Positions 29,488 to 39,637 of a stretch of 64,000 bases of DNA are shown here, piece by piece. Within the stretch, counting starts at the first letter, position 1. The number at the start of each line of letters is the position of its first letter. A program made the translations under genes and the position numbers. Source of the DNA: an uncultured bacterium (lineage in GTDB: Bacteria > Muiribacteriota > UBA6191 > CAZXTJ01 > CAYOHP01); the NCBI GenBank assembly GCA_964403795.1, contig CAYOHP010000017.1, positions 1,821-65,820 of the forward strand, read 5' to 3'. Below the pieces are notes generated by a model. The model made no database searches and was not told the DNA's origin. It saw nothing but the letters and a program-made list of their open reading frames with translations.

Positions 29488-31872
29488 TCACCGTCGGGCC
29501 AGGCGCAGCTCCACCAGCAGGGGCAGGTGGTCCGAAGCCAGCCGGGTCAGGCGGTTCCTGGGTACCTCGACGGCCACCACCTCGACCTCCGGCGACACGA
29601 AGACGTGGTCGATGCGTCGCACCGGCAGGGCCGCGGTCCAGGTCGGCAGCGGGCGGTGACCCGAGAGGCCGACCTGGACGTCCCGGAGCCGGCGGGGAGG
29701 CCGTCCCGCCAGCATTCCCGGCTTCATGGCGTTGAAATCCCCGGCCAGGACCAGGGGTGCCTCGGCCTGCGGATCCCCCAGCCACTCCGGGCCGAGCAGG
29801 GCCTCGGCCTGGACCCGGCACTCCTCGGGGTGGAGCCCGAAGTGGGTGTTCAGGAGCTGGACCCTGGCCCCGTCGACGTCGAGCTCCACCCAGACCGCAC
29901 CCCGCGGCTCGCTCCTCGCCCCGGGGCGACGTCGGGGCAGGGCACCGGCCCGGACCAGCCGCATCGGGAAGCGGCTGATCACGGCATTGCCGTACTCCTC
30001 CTCCTCGATCCGGAAGCTGGCATGGAAGTGATGGAACATGGCCAGCCGGTCGGCGATCTCCCGGGCCTGGTGCAGGCCATTGCTGCGGGACCGGCCCACG
30101 TCGAGTTCCTGGAGGGCGATCACATCGGGATCGAGCGAGGAGAGCACCCGGGCGATGCGATCGCTGGAGACCCTGCCGTCGCTGCCGCGGCAGCCGTGGG
30201 CGTTGTAGGTGACGATCCGCAGCGTCTCGGGTCTGCGCTCGCCGGTCCGGGGCGGAGGCGGACGGGAGGGAGCCAGGCGGGAGAGATGGGCCAGGGCCTC
30301 CTCCCGGAGGTCACCGGCGCGCAGGACCCGCCCCGGATCCCGGTGCAGCAGGCACCCGGGGGGCAGCATCGCGAAGGCCAGGGTCTCCTCCGGGGAGAAC
30401 CCGGCATGCGAACCATGCTCGGCCGCGAAGGTGACGGGTGCGACGCCCGGAGCCCACCCGGAGAGGACCAGCTCCCCGGCATCGGGATGCCGCACCAGCG
30501 CGGCCAGGTCGCCCGGGACCGCGGTACCGAAGGGGTGGTCGGCACCCAGTACCGGGAGCGGATCAGCTTCGAGATCGAAGACCCCGGCGCGGGATCGCAC
30601 CCGGATGCGGTCCTCCCCATCCCGCCAGAGGACCTGGGGGATCGCGAACTCCTCCACCAGCCGCGCCGCCACCTGCTCCCGCGCCCCGGGGGCCAGCGAG
30701 GGCTCCGGGTGGACATGTCCCAGTGGCCCCAGGGCCGCCAGGGTGAACCCAGGGCCGGTCTCGGCCTGGTCCTCGTCCTGGCCGAGGAGGCGGGCCATCC
30801 AACCCACCCCGCTCCACAGCACCCGCCCCGTCTCGGAACCCCGGTGGACCCCGGAACCCGGTGCCCTCGGGGCCTGGGAGAGCGCTTCCTCCACGGCCTC
30901 GGCCAGGGTCCGGCCGGCGACCAGCGGGTAGGGACGGGCGTCGTCCTGGCCGTGGTCGGAGTGGATCCAGACCTCGTAGTCGCGCCGGGCCGAGCGCCAG
31001 GCGCTCTTGGCCAGGCGTGCCACCGCATGGTCGATGGCCCCGAGGCTCCACTGGGCGAAGCGCGACCCGGGCCCGCGTCGGTGGGCCTGCTCGTCGAACC
31101 CGATCAGGTTCACGTGGACCACCGGGAGACCGCGAGCCAGGTCCATCCGGGCCGAGCGCACCGTGAACTCGCGCATCGCCACGCACAGGAGCGCCCTCGC
31201 CAGCACGAAGCGCAGCTCGGCGCCCGCGTCATGGCCCTCCCGGACGCCGTGCAGGGCATCCCAGAGCCCGACCAGCAGTTCCACCACGACCATGCCCGCG
31301 GTCCGTAGCGCCACCAGGCCATGGACCAGGACCAGGGCCAACAGCCGCAGCGGGGACAGCGCGGTCAGCAGGGACCCGAAGCCGAAGGAGGCCGCGCACA
31401 GGTGCGGCTCGGCGGCGCCGCCGGTGAATACGTCGCCATAGGCGGATCCGCCCGCCAGCAGGCCTTCCCTGCCGTCCGCGAGTCGGACCTCGACCCGGGC
31501 CGCGGTGGCCGGCAGGTACATCTTCTCCAGCGCCCCGGTGTCATGGTCCCGGAACCCGAAGCCCGGGACCGCGGTGCGGACCCCGTAGAAGAGTTCGCCC
31601 TGGAAGGCCGGGGTCGAGGCCGGGCACCCGCTGTAGAGGCTGTGCAAGCGGTAGCCGTCGCGCTGGAGCAGGCGGGCCGTGAAGGGCATCCGTCCCTCTC
31701 CCAGCGCCCTTTCCAGATGCGTCTTCCCGAGTCCGTCGATCTGGATCACCAGCAGGCCCGGCTCGATCCCGCTGCCGGGATCGCGCGGCAATCCCAGGAG
31801 CGCCACCATCCATTCGCTGGGATCGAGGAGCCGGACCAGCCTGCGGACCTGGGCCTCGAGCCGGGCGAGCAT
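29488..31872 (-). CDS. Two-domain membrane protein: type I phosphodiesterase/nucleotide pyrophosphatase (AlkP-superfamily) domain + endonuclease/exonuclease/phosphatase (EEP) domain
   Basis: N-terminal region LLVIQIDGLGKTH...SGCPASTPAFQGELFYG...VWIHSDHGQDD (PF01663-like). Hydrophobic segments. C-terminal EEP (LRIVTYNAHGCRG, DVIALQELD, SDHLPLLVEL). Confidence 0.65.
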   Translation of the reverse strand: MLARLEAQVRRLVRLLDPSEWMVALLGLPRDPGSGIEPGLLVIQIDGLGKTHLERALGEGRMPFTARLLQRDGYRLHSLYSGCPASTPAFQGELFYGVRTAVPGFGFRDHDTGALEKMYLPATAARVEVRLADGREGLLAGGSAYGDVFTGGAAEPHLCAASFGFGSLLTALSPLRLLALVLVHGLVALRTAGMVVVELLVGLWDALHGVREGHDAGAELRFVLARALLCVAMREFTVRSARMDLARGLPVVHVNLIGFDEQAHRRGPGSRFAQWSLGAIDHAVARLAKSAWRSARRDYEVWIHSDHGQDDARPYPLVAGRTLAEAVEEALSQAPRAPGSGVHRGSETGRVLWSGVGWMARLLGQDEDQAETGPGFTLAALGPLGHVHPEPSLAPGAREQVAARLVEEFAIPQVLWRDGEDRIRVRSRAGVFDLEADPLPVLGADHPFGTAVPGDLAALVRHPDAGELVLSGWAPGVAPVTFAAEHGSHAGFSPEETLAFAMLPPGCLLHRDPGRVLRAGDLREEALAHLSRLAPSRPPPPRTGERRPETLRIVTYNAHGCRGSDGRVSSDRIARVLSSLDPDVIALQELDVGRSRSNGLHQAREIADRLAMFHHFHASFRIEEEEYGNAVISRFPMRLVRAGALPRRRPGARSEPRGAVWVELDVDGARVQLLNTHFGLHPEECRVQAEALLGPEWLGDPQAEAPLVLAGDFNAMKPGMLAGRPPRRLRDVQVGLSGHRPLPTWTAALPVRRIDHVFVSPEVEVVAVEVPRNRLTRLASDHLPLLVELRLARR

Positions 31873-31875
31873 GGC

Positions 31876-33219
31876 TCAATCCCTCCGGTCCGGGACGGTT
31901 CCGGCATCGCCGGGGGAGCCGCGCTCGGCGTCCGTACCGGAGATCCCCAGGACTCCCGAGAGGGCGCTGGCGGTGGCCGCCGCCATGTTCCCCCAGAGCT
32001 CGAACTCGGCCTCCGCTCCGCGCAGGAGCACGTCCCAGAGGCCTTCCTCCTCGGGGTCGCGCAGGAAGCGATGGGCCTCCACCAAGGACCCGTAGCAGGC
32101 CAGGGCACGGTCGGCCGTGGCCTCCACCGAGAACTCCCGGGCCGTCGCCCGCGCCGCTTCCCGGAGCCCTTGTCGGGCTTCCTCGGGAGCCGCCAGCATC
32201 GCCAGGAGCGCCTGGGTCATGGCCTCGGGCGCGCTCGCCGCCGGGAGCAGCCTTCCGTTCTCCCCATCCCGCACCACCTCGCGCACCCCATGGGCGTCGA
32301 GGGCCACCACCGGCGTCCCGGCCGCCATCGCCTCGGTCAGGACCATGCCCTGGGTCTCCGAGAACGAGGAGAACGCGAAGACATCGGCAGCCGCGTAGGC
32401 ATCGGCCAGCTCCCCGCCGCGGAGCACGCCGAGATGGTGGTAGCGGTCCGCCACGCCCGCCTCCCCCAGGATGCGCTCGACCTCCGGGAGCGAGGATCCT
32501 TCCCCGACGAGCACGAAGCGGGCGTCCCGTCGCCGGGCCAGGCAGGCGGCCACCGCCCTGGCCAGGAAGCCGAGGTTCTTCTCGGGCGCCAACCTCCCCA
32601 CATGGGCGATCACCGGGACGGTCGCCGGCAGGCCCATCTCGCGCCGGAACCGCGCCCGGTCTCCGGCCCCGAACACGGACAGGTCGACCCCCGTCGGCAC
32701 CACCTCGATGGGACGCCGCACGCCGCCTGCCGCGAGATCCCGGGCCACGCTGGCGCTGGGTGCGAAGACCAGGTCGGAGAGGTTGGCGTAGCCGCGGGTC
32801 AGGTCGCGCACGAAGACCCCCAGCGCCTCCGAGTCGCCCGGTGCGTAGTGGGTGTAGTGCTCGAAACGGGTGTGGTGAGTGAAGACCAGCGGCAGGTCGC
32901 GACGGCCCGCCAGGCGCAGGGCCGCGTCCCCGAGCAGGAACGGGTGGTGGGAGTGGACCAGATCGGGCGCGAAGTCCCCGAGCGCCAGGTCCAGGTACCC
33001 GGGCACCGGGAGCGAGAGCGAGAAGCTCGAGTCGAAGACGTCGGGGATCGCCGGGAAGCGGATCACGTCGGTCTCGTCGCCCGGGTCGCCGGGGTACTCG
33101 GGGGCCAGTACCACGACCCTGTGCCCGCGCCGGCGGTACTCGCGGGTGAAGCGGTCGACCGAGTTCGCCACCCCCCCGACGTGCGGAAGGTAGGTGTTGG
33201 TGACCATGAGCAGGTTCAT
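31876..33219 (-). CDS. Glycosyltransferase family 4 (GT-B fold)
   Basis: Internal start MNLLMVTNTYLPHVGGVANSV. GT4 C-terminal E-x7-E region (FSSFSETQGMVLTEAMAAGTPVVA). 4-bp overlap with the upstream glycoside hydrolase gene. Confidence 0.75.
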   Translation of the reverse strand: MNLLMVTNTYLPHVGGVANSVDRFTREYRRRGHRVVVLAPEYPGDPGDETDVIRFPAIPDVFDSSFSLSLPVPGYLDLALGDFAPDLVHSHHPFLLGDAALRLAGRRDLPLVFTHHTRFEHYTHYAPGDSEALGVFVRDLTRGYANLSDLVFAPSASVARDLAAGGVRRPIEVVPTGVDLSVFGAGDRARFRREMGLPATVPVIAHVGRLAPEKNLGFLARAVAACLARRRDARFVLVGEGSSLPEVERILGEAGVADRYHHLGVLRGGELADAYAAADVFAFSSFSETQGMVLTEAMAAGTPVVALDAHGVREVVRDGENGRLLPAASAPEAMTQALLAMLAAPEEARQGLREAARATAREFSVEATADRALACYGSLVEAHRFLRDPEEEGLWDVLLRGAEAEFELWGNMAAATASALSGVLGISGTDAERGSPGDAGTVPDRRD

Positions 33220-35537
33220 CCGCCAGGCTCCCGTATCGCCTCGACCTCGCCGACCGCCAGCTCGACCTCGAGGGGGTGGTGCCCGGGGAGAACCACCCGG
33301 GCCCGCTCCCCGGCCGCCTCCCGGAGCCCGGACCAGCGCACCCGGGTGGACCCGAGCCCCGCCTCGACCTCGACCGAGAGGGCACCGTAGGGCGTGGCGG
33401 TGGGACCGAAGGCGAGCCGGGTCCCTGGCCGCGTCCACTCTTCGCGGAGGCCGGCGCCGAGCCGCAGCCCGTCGGGCTCCTCGATCACGAACAGGGCCCG
33501 CATCATGAGCACCCACTCGGCCGAGGCCCAGGCGTGGTGGCCGTCCCCCATGCAGCCCCCCAGGGTCCGGGGATGGGCGGCCTCGGGCCACTGCCCGGTG
33601 GGCGAAGCCAGCGCCGCCACCGCGTCGACCAGGGGAAGCGCGCGGAGATCTCCGGCCCGGAGCAGGGCCTCGGCCATGTGCAGGGTGAGGTAGGCATTGA
33701 GACCGGAGTGGATCATGTCCTGGAAGAAGAGACCCTTCACCATGCAGTGGTCGAGCAGGTACCCGAGGGTGGCGATCAGGCGCGGGTCGTCGGGAGGATA
33801 GAGACCGAGCGGATACCAGGCGGCCAGGGAGCCGATGGCCCCCGCGTCCATCCGCCGCCCCGGTGCGGCGGGGACTCCCGGCCTTCCCCCTCGGGCTGCG
33901 ACCTTGGCCAGGGCGCGATCGACGGCCGAGCGGAACCGTCTCGCCTCCTCGGCGAACCGGGCTGCGCCGGTGCGGTCCCCATGCACCGCCAGCAACCAGG
34001 CGGCGGCGTCGAGACCCGCCACGCCCCAGAAGTCGTCCCAGAAGTAGTGGTCGTTGGGGCCCAGGTGCTCGGCGCTGAAGCCGGCCGGGAGGAGCCCCGC
34101 GTGGGGCTCGGGGAGGTCGTCGGGGAGGCGCTTGCCCACGATCCAGTCGCCGGCCTGCCGCACCGAGTCGAGGAGCGGGGCGTCGAGCCGGGCACCCGAG
34201 AGTTCGACGTGGCGGCGCAGGATCCACAGCGCCTCGCCGTTCGAATCCCACTCGCCCTCCTGGGAGAGGAAGTAACCGTCCCGCCCCTGGCGCTCCGGGA
34301 AGCGCTTGAGGCCGCGGGCCACCCGGTCGTCGTGGCCGAGCACCGCGAGGGCGTGGAGCAGGAAGGCCGAGTCGCGGAACCAGAAGCGCCGGTAGGTGTA
34401 GGGACCCGGGTAGGCCTCGCCCGGGGAGAGCAGCACCAGGGTCCGCTCGGCGGCGGTGAAGAGCTCGACGAAGCGGGGATCGGGGACCTCGAGACGACAG
34501 CGTCCGAGGCGGGGCGAGGCCCAGGATCCGAGGGTGAACCCGGGCTCGGGGGCCTCGTCCCGGGGCAGCACCACCGAGGCCTCCAGGCTGCGTTCGGACC
34601 CCGGAGCCAGCCGGAACATGGCAGCTGCGGTGGCGAGGCCCACCGGGCACTCGACCGAGGTCCGCTCCCGCGGGTCGGCGAGGTGGAGGTAGACGTCGCC
34701 GGAGCGGTAGTCGGAGGCCTCGTGGCGTTCGACCGGCTCCGAGAAGCGGACCTCGACCGCGTCGTCGACCGACCAGGCGCGCCGGTCGTCGGCCAGCCGC
34801 ACCGAGTGGACGAAGCTCACGCCCTCGGGATTGGCGGGCCGGAGCGCGACCACCAGCCAGCCGGCGGCTTCGGATCCCGCGGTGACGCGCAACCGGAACC
34901 TGGCTTCGGTCCCGGAGGCCTCGACCCACCCCCGGGTGGCGAGCCGGCGGGTCGCGTCATGGGTGCGGGTGACCACCGCCATCCCGGGGTCGGTCTCCAG
35001 CCGCTGCTCGGCCGCCGCGGCCCGGGAGGGGAGCAGGATCCCTGCATCGTCCTGCACCCAGGCGTCGAGCGACCAGCCGTCGTAGAGCGGGGTCGCCAGG
35101 CCCCGGGGATCCAGGATCGGGTAGAGCGGGCAGTCGGGCAGGCCGACCGCGGTCCAGTTGCGGTGGGTCAGGTTCACGTGGGTGATCGAGAAGGCCCGGG
35201 GCACGAACGACTCGTCCTCGGGATCGAACTGGCGCTCGACCCAGTACGGCCAGACCCAGTCGAGGTTGTGCTGGATCGCCTTGGTGTTCACGAGGCCCCG
35301 GGCGTGGAACACCACCCCGGCCCGGAGCAGCTCGATCGGCTCGCGGACCTCGCTCGGCTGGGCGAAGCCCTCGAGGCGGGCGAGCAGGGCCACCGGATCC
35401 AGGAACCCGTGCGACTCGGCCAGCTTCCGCAGCAGCCAGCGCCACGGCATGAAGCGTCGCCACGCCACCGTCGCCTCCCATGGGAGGGTATACCTCCGGG
35501 CCGCTCCCTGGCGGATCACGCGCAGTCTGGACTCCAT
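33216..35537 (-). CDS. (alpha/alpha)6-barrel glycoside hydrolase (GDE_C / GH15-GH63-like)
   Basis: Internal start MESRLRVIRQ. ~773 aa with six-hairpin glycosidase-like regions (DGYFLSQEGEWDSNGEALWIL, GLFFQDMIHSGLNAY). The exact GH family is not assignable by eye. Confidence 0.55.
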   Translation of the reverse strand: MESRLRVIRQGAARRYTLPWEATVAWRRFMPWRWLLRKLAESHGFLDPVALLARLEGFAQPSEVREPIELLRAGVVFHARGLVNTKAIQHNLDWVWPYWVERQFDPEDESFVPRAFSITHVNLTHRNWTAVGLPDCPLYPILDPRGLATPLYDGWSLDAWVQDDAGILLPSRAAAAEQRLETDPGMAVVTRTHDATRRLATRGWVEASGTEARFRLRVTAGSEAAGWLVVALRPANPEGVSFVHSVRLADDRRAWSVDDAVEVRFSEPVERHEASDYRSGDVYLHLADPRERTSVECPVGLATAAAMFRLAPGSERSLEASVVLPRDEAPEPGFTLGSWASPRLGRCRLEVPDPRFVELFTAAERTLVLLSPGEAYPGPYTYRRFWFRDSAFLLHALAVLGHDDRVARGLKRFPERQGRDGYFLSQEGEWDSNGEALWILRRHVELSGARLDAPLLDSVRQAGDWIVGKRLPDDLPEPHAGLLPAGFSAEHLGPNDHYFWDDFWGVAGLDAAAWLLAVHGDRTGAARFAEEARRFRSAVDRALAKVAARGGRPGVPAAPGRRMDAGAIGSLAAWYPLGLYPPDDPRLIATLGYLLDHCMVKGLFFQDMIHSGLNAYLTLHMAEALLRAGDLRALPLVDAVAALASPTGQWPEAAHPRTLGGCMGDGHHAWASAEWVLMMRALFVIEEPDGLRLGAGLREEWTRPGTRLAFGPTATPYGALSVEVEAGLGSTRVRWSGLREAAGERARVVLPGHHPLEVELAVGEVEAIREPGG

Positions 35538-35655
35538 CTTGATTCCCGAGTCCAGGGGGAAGGCGGCCAAGCCGCGCCCGGAGCGGCTCTCCCCGGTCGG
35601 CACGGGCCGTGCGTGGCCCCAGGGCGGAAGGGGCCCAGGCCCCGCGGAGGTCACC

Positions 35656-37125
35656 GTGCCGTTTCGTCCGTTCCATCCCCGGACCGTTCCCCTGCGGGTC
35701 GGGGCCCTGCTCCTGGCCTGCGTGGGACCGGTCACCGCCGAGCGCCACCTCATGCTCGCCAACCAGGGTCGGGAACCTCTCTGCGTGGAGGGGACGAGCG
35801 TGCGGGGAGGCGTCGCCCCCGGCGCCTGGCAGGAACCCTCGGGGGGACGCCCCCGGCCCGACCTGGAATGCCGCTACCTGGTCGAGCCGGGGGAACGGAT
35901 CGAGTTCCTGCGCACCAACTGGGACCAGGGCGTCCCCGACGGCTCCTCCTCGTGGTTCTCGACCCGGGTCCGGAGCGTCGACGGCGAGCGGATCGAACTC
36001 GCCCACAAGCTGGACGGCGAGACCATCGGCAGCAACCTCTGGCGCCGGGTCGGAGGCTCGACCTGGGTCGACGACGACGCCCCCCGGACCCACGCCTGGG
36101 TGAGGCGGGACGGGGCGGCGCCGATCGAGGTGGTGGTGGACGGGCGGCGGGTCGAGTACCGCTTCGGAGCGGTCCGGCCAGTGCCGGCGACGACGGATCC
36201 CGAGGGCTTCCGGGTGCTGGCCTTCAATGCCGCGCTGCTGCCGGCCGGGGGCACCGGGGTCGAGGCCCGCGCCGCCCGATTGGCCGAGGTGCTCGGTGGC
36301 CATGACGCCCTGGTGCTCTCGGAGCTCTTCGCCGACGACGCCCGGGAGCGGCTGCTCCGCGATCTCTCGCCCGAGTACCCCTGGCAGACCTCGGTGCTGG
36401 AGGACGACGATCCCCTGGCCCAGGACGGCGGGGTGGTGATCGTCTCCCGCTGGCCCATCCTCCACCAGGCGGAGCACTTCTACACGGGAGGAGTGGGCAC
36501 CGATTCCCTCTCGGCCAAGGGCGCCATGGTGGCTTCGATCCGAGGACCACAGGGGATCCTCCACCTGGTGGGGACCCACACCCAGTCCGACGCCGACGGC
36601 TGGGCCGATTCGGTGATCGACGGGATCGCCTTCCCCGGAGTCTTCACCCGGCCTGCGCCTGCCGCGGTGCGGGACCGCCAGTTCCGGTCGCTGGAGGCGT
36701 TCCTGGCCGGCCTCGGCCTGCCGGAGGACGAGCCCCTGGTGATCGCCGGGGACCTGAACGTGGCCAGGGCCTCGACCCGGGAGTTCGAGGCCATGCTCAG
36801 AACCCTCGGGGCGGTCGAGCCGGCGGGCGACCGGGAGGGACCGACCTGGGATCCGGGCAACGAGCTCGTCGCCGACGGGGACCGGCCGGCCCGCCTGGAC
36901 TACCTGCTGGTCTCGCTCCGCCACCGGGGCATCGACCCCGCGGCCTCCCGGACCGAGGTGGTCCGGCTCAGGTCCCCGACGCCCTGGGACGGGTCGCGGA
37001 CCGACCTCTCGGACCACTACGCGGTGTCGACCCGGCTTCAGTTCGCAGGGGGGAAGTCGGCCGCCGCGTTCCCGGCTGGCCCGGAGGGAGCCGACTCGGG
37101 CGGCTTCCTCGGGCAGGGGGAATAG
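35656..37125 (+). CDS. Secreted endonuclease/exonuclease/phosphatase-family protein (sphingomyelinase/phosphodiesterase-like)
   Basis: Putative GTG start giving signal peptide MPFRPFHPRTVPLRVGALLLACVGPVTA. EEP motifs (FRVLAFNAAL, VLSELF, GTHTQSD, IAGDLNVARAS, LSDHYAVS). Divergent from the glycan operon. Start uncertain (alternative upstream ATG at ~35449). Confidence 0.6.
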   Translation: MPFRPFHPRTVPLRVGALLLACVGPVTAERHLMLANQGREPLCVEGTSVRGGVAPGAWQEPSGGRPRPDLECRYLVEPGERIEFLRTNWDQGVPDGSSSWFSTRVRSVDGERIELAHKLDGETIGSNLWRRVGGSTWVDDDAPRTHAWVRRDGAAPIEVVVDGRRVEYRFGAVRPVPATTDPEGFRVLAFNAALLPAGGTGVEARAARLAEVLGGHDALVLSELFADDARERLLRDLSPEYPWQTSVLEDDDPLAQDGGVVIVSRWPILHQAEHFYTGGVGTDSLSAKGAMVASIRGPQGILHLVGTHTQSDADGWADSVIDGIAFPGVFTRPAPAAVRDRQFRSLEAFLAGLGLPEDEPLVIAGDLNVARASTREFEAMLRTLGAVEPAGDREGPTWDPGNELVADGDRPARLDYLLVSLRHRGIDPAASRTEVVRLRSPTPWDGSRTDLSDHYAVSTRLQFAGGKSAAAFPAGPEGADSGGFLGQGE

Positions 37126-37132
37126 CGACGGG

Positions 37133-38029
37133 TTACAGATCCAAGCGCCAGTTGGCGAGGATCCCGAACTGGAGGAGGGCGACGTCCCGGGCGAGCTGGG
37201 CGTTCTGCTTCCAGTGGCCGTCGACGTACTCGCGACCCCAGGCCTCGGCGGTCTGGCCGCCGGCGAGCGGCGGGCGCACCCAGAGGTCGTAGACCAGCAC
37301 GTCGCCCGGCGCGAGCCCCAGGGTGTTCAGGGTCCGCTGGGGGGGCTGGCCGGGACGGCGCAGGTCCATCCAGCGCACCTTGGCGGGATCGGCCCAGGCG
37401 GCGTTGGAGATGAGACCCACGCCCGCGTGGTTGGGCGTCAGCCACTCGAGCTCGACCACGCCCTCGCCCACCACCGAGAGGTCCTGGACCCGGATCCGCT
37501 GGTCGGCGAGGTGGACGAGCGCGGGATCGGCCAGGGCCAGGTCCACGAGCTTCAGGAGGAGCTGCTGATGATCGCCGCAGATCCCCCAGCCCCGGCGCAC
37601 GATCAGCCGGTAGTCGTTCTCCTTCGAGGTGAAGCCCTGGGCGATGGCGCCGGGAGCCCGGCGGGCTCCCTGGACGAACCCTGCGTTGGAGGCATAGGGG
37701 GTGTCGCTCACCCAGCGCCGGGTCAACTCGCCCAGCAGGTCCTCCATGGTGATGTCCTGGGGGTCCGGGGCCTGGCTCCGGAGCTGCCAGGCGACCAGGC
37801 GCACGAACCGGCGCAGGACGTCGTCCACTTCCTGGTCGGTGAGGGCCTTGCCGGTGGGCCAGAAGGCCCGGGCGTCGCGACCCGGCCAGACCGGACCCTG
37901 GGCCCGGAGCGCCGGGGCGGCCGGCAGGCCGTCGTCGGGATCCTGGCCGAGGGCCTGGGCCGGGAGGTTCGCCGGATGGGAGGCGAGCAGGAGGGCGAGC
38001 CCTCCGAACACCAGGCGCGTCCAGACCAT
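37133..38029 (-). CDS. Hypothetical secreted protein
   Basis: Signal peptide (MVWTRLVFGGLALLLASHPANLPAQA). Normal amino-acid composition. Convergent with the EEP gene with a 7-bp gap. Confidence 0.45.
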   Translation of the reverse strand: MVWTRLVFGGLALLLASHPANLPAQALGQDPDDGLPAAPALRAQGPVWPGRDARAFWPTGKALTDQEVDDVLRRFVRLVAWQLRSQAPDPQDITMEDLLGELTRRWVSDTPYASNAGFVQGARRAPGAIAQGFTSKENDYRLIVRRGWGICGDHQQLLLKLVDLALADPALVHLADQRIRVQDLSVVGEGVVELEWLTPNHAGVGLISNAAWADPAKVRWMDLRRPGQPPQRTLNTLGLAPGDVLVYDLWVRPPLAGGQTAEAWGREYVDGHWKQNAQLARDVALLQFGILANWRLDL

Positions 38030-38164
38030 CGGGACCTCCCTTCCATGGATACGCCGAAGGGCGTAGCGGGGTTGCGGGCCGGCCCTCCGGACGCGCAGCG
38101 CCCCCGGGGCCCGGCTCGGGGCCGGATCCGGGGGCGCTGCGTCGGGGGCGGAGACCCTTGGGCC

Positions 38165-38896
38165 TCAGGTCCTCTCGTTCTGGACCTCCTCGAGGCGGCG
38201 GTACAGGAGCTGGAAGCGCTCCTCGTCGTTGTAGCCGAGCCGCTCGGCCTCGTCGGCCACCATCTGGATCAACGGCCGGTACATCTCGCCGAAGCGCTCG
38301 GTCTGGAACCGGATGAAGTCGGCCTTGGGGACGGTCTCGCCGGCCCCGGAGAGTCCGGTGTCCCGGGCTGCGGCATTGGTGATGTCCTCGAGCATCTCCT
38401 CCCGCTCCTTGGCGGTGAGCGACCGGCCGAGCTGGCGCTCCCGCTCGGCGATCCGCTCCCGGGCACGCCGCATCGCGCCCTGCAGGTCCTCGGGCACGCC
38501 GTTGACCCGGACGAGGGCCTCGCACTCCGAGAGCACCTGGCGGCTGCCGGCCTCGGCGGCCTCGATCAGGCACTCCTTGGTGGGGATCCGGACGCCGTCC
38601 CTGGGGCTCAGGCGATCCGGGTCGGTGAACCCGTTGGCGGCCGCCAGCAGGTCGACCAGACCACCCTGGCCCCAGAGAGGCAGATCGGTGCGGCCGATGT
38701 CCCGGCGGACCTTCTGGGCGATCTCGCCCAGGGTGTCGCCCCGCATCACCAGGGCGCCGTTGCCCACGGCCTCTCCGCCCTCGATCTGGTCGGAGGACAC
38801 GAAGGCCGGAGCCGAAGTGATGCGTCCGGGATCGACCGGGGCGGTGCCCAGGCCGCAGTCCATGCCCATCCCGAGCAGGTTGGCGTCGCCTTCCGT
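38165..38896. repeat. Segmental duplication copy A (3' ~730 bp of LysM gene A)
   Basis: Nucleotide-level similarity to 39800..~40531 visible by eye (e.g. gaagcgctcctcgtcgttgtagcc / gaagcgctcgtcgtcgttgtaacc; gccgaagcgctcggtctggaaccggatgaagtcggccttggg). Extent approximate. Confidence 0.6.
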
Positions 38897-39448
38897 GCAC
38901 TCGATCTTGCTCTCGTCGTCGGCCAGGGCCGAGGCCACGTTGCGGGTGCTGCGGGCCCGTTCGACGAGGCTCTTGAACCGGTCGCCGCGAAGAAGTTCTT
39001 CCGGTGTGGCCGGGTTCTGGATCGCTCCGTCGAGTCGCTCGTAGATCTTCTGCATCGGGCAGCCCATCTCCTTGCAGAACCAGATCGCGTGGACCTTGGC
39101 AGCGATCTCCTCCCGGAGCGCCTCGGCCCGACGCTTGGTAGCCGTGTAGGTCTGGGTGGCAACGGAGAACCGCGTCTCGTTGGCCCCGAGAGCCCGGCAG
39201 GAGTCGCCCCGTCCCTGGCCCTGGAGACAGCTCTTGGCTGCCTCCTGGAGGGCGAGCGCGGCCGCCATCTGGTCGCTGCGGGCGGCTTCGAGGGCCGTCA
39301 CCATCTCGTCCACCTGTTCCCGCTCCGCCCTCCCGGGATCGGTGCGGATCGCCCAGACGCTGGTGGCCGGGCCGGACCAGAGGGCGAGGGCAAGGCCCAG
39401 GCGGGCCAGCCGGAGGGTATTGCTGCGGACCGTCTCGATGTTTCGCAC
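38165..39448 (-). CDS. Secreted Cys-containing LysM-domain protein (paralog A)
   Basis: Putative GTG start (MRNIETVRSNTLRLARLGLALALWSGPATSVWA signal peptide). LysM-like motif (MRGDTLGEIAQKV...LPLWGQGGLVDLLAAANGFTDPDRLSPRDGVRIP). C-terminal ~240 aa are ~70-80% identical to the downstream paralog. Confidence 0.65.
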   Translation of the reverse strand: MRNIETVRSNTLRLARLGLALALWSGPATSVWAIRTDPGRAEREQVDEMVTALEAARSDQMAAALALQEAAKSCLQGQGRGDSCRALGANETRFSVATQTYTATKRRAEALREEIAAKVHAIWFCKEMGCPMQKIYERLDGAIQNPATPEELLRGDRFKSLVERARSTRNVASALADDESKIECTEGDANLLGMGMDCGLGTAPVDPGRITSAPAFVSSDQIEGGEAVGNGALVMRGDTLGEIAQKVRRDIGRTDLPLWGQGGLVDLLAAANGFTDPDRLSPRDGVRIPTKECLIEAAEAGSRQVLSECEALVRVNGVPEDLQGAMRRARERIAERERQLGRSLTAKEREEMLEDITNAAARDTGLSGAGETVPKADFIRFQTERFGEMYRPLIQMVADEAERLGYNDEERFQLLYRRLEEVQNERT

Positions 39449-39501
39449 GATGGGTTCCTTCCTGCTCCGAGGTGTCGGATCGGCCCGACGTAATCGGACA
39501 A

Positions 39502-39517
39502 AGCAACGCCCGTGCCA
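39502..39517 (-). promoter_or_regulatory. Sigma-54 (RpoN) -24/-12 promoter upstream of LysM gene A
   Basis: Minus-strand sequence TGGCACGGGCGTTGCT matches TGGCACG-N4-TTGCW at every constrained position. ~55-70 bp upstream of the GTG start. Coordinates may be off by 1-2. Confidence 0.65.
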
Positions 39518-39637
39518 GGCACCCACGGGCCACCACCATGACCATGAAGATCCGCTTCTGGAGCGGATCCACGCAGAGCGTCCCCGCATGCAGGAGGCGC
39601 CCTGGCCGGTGAGACGCAGGAGCGGTCCCGGCGCACC

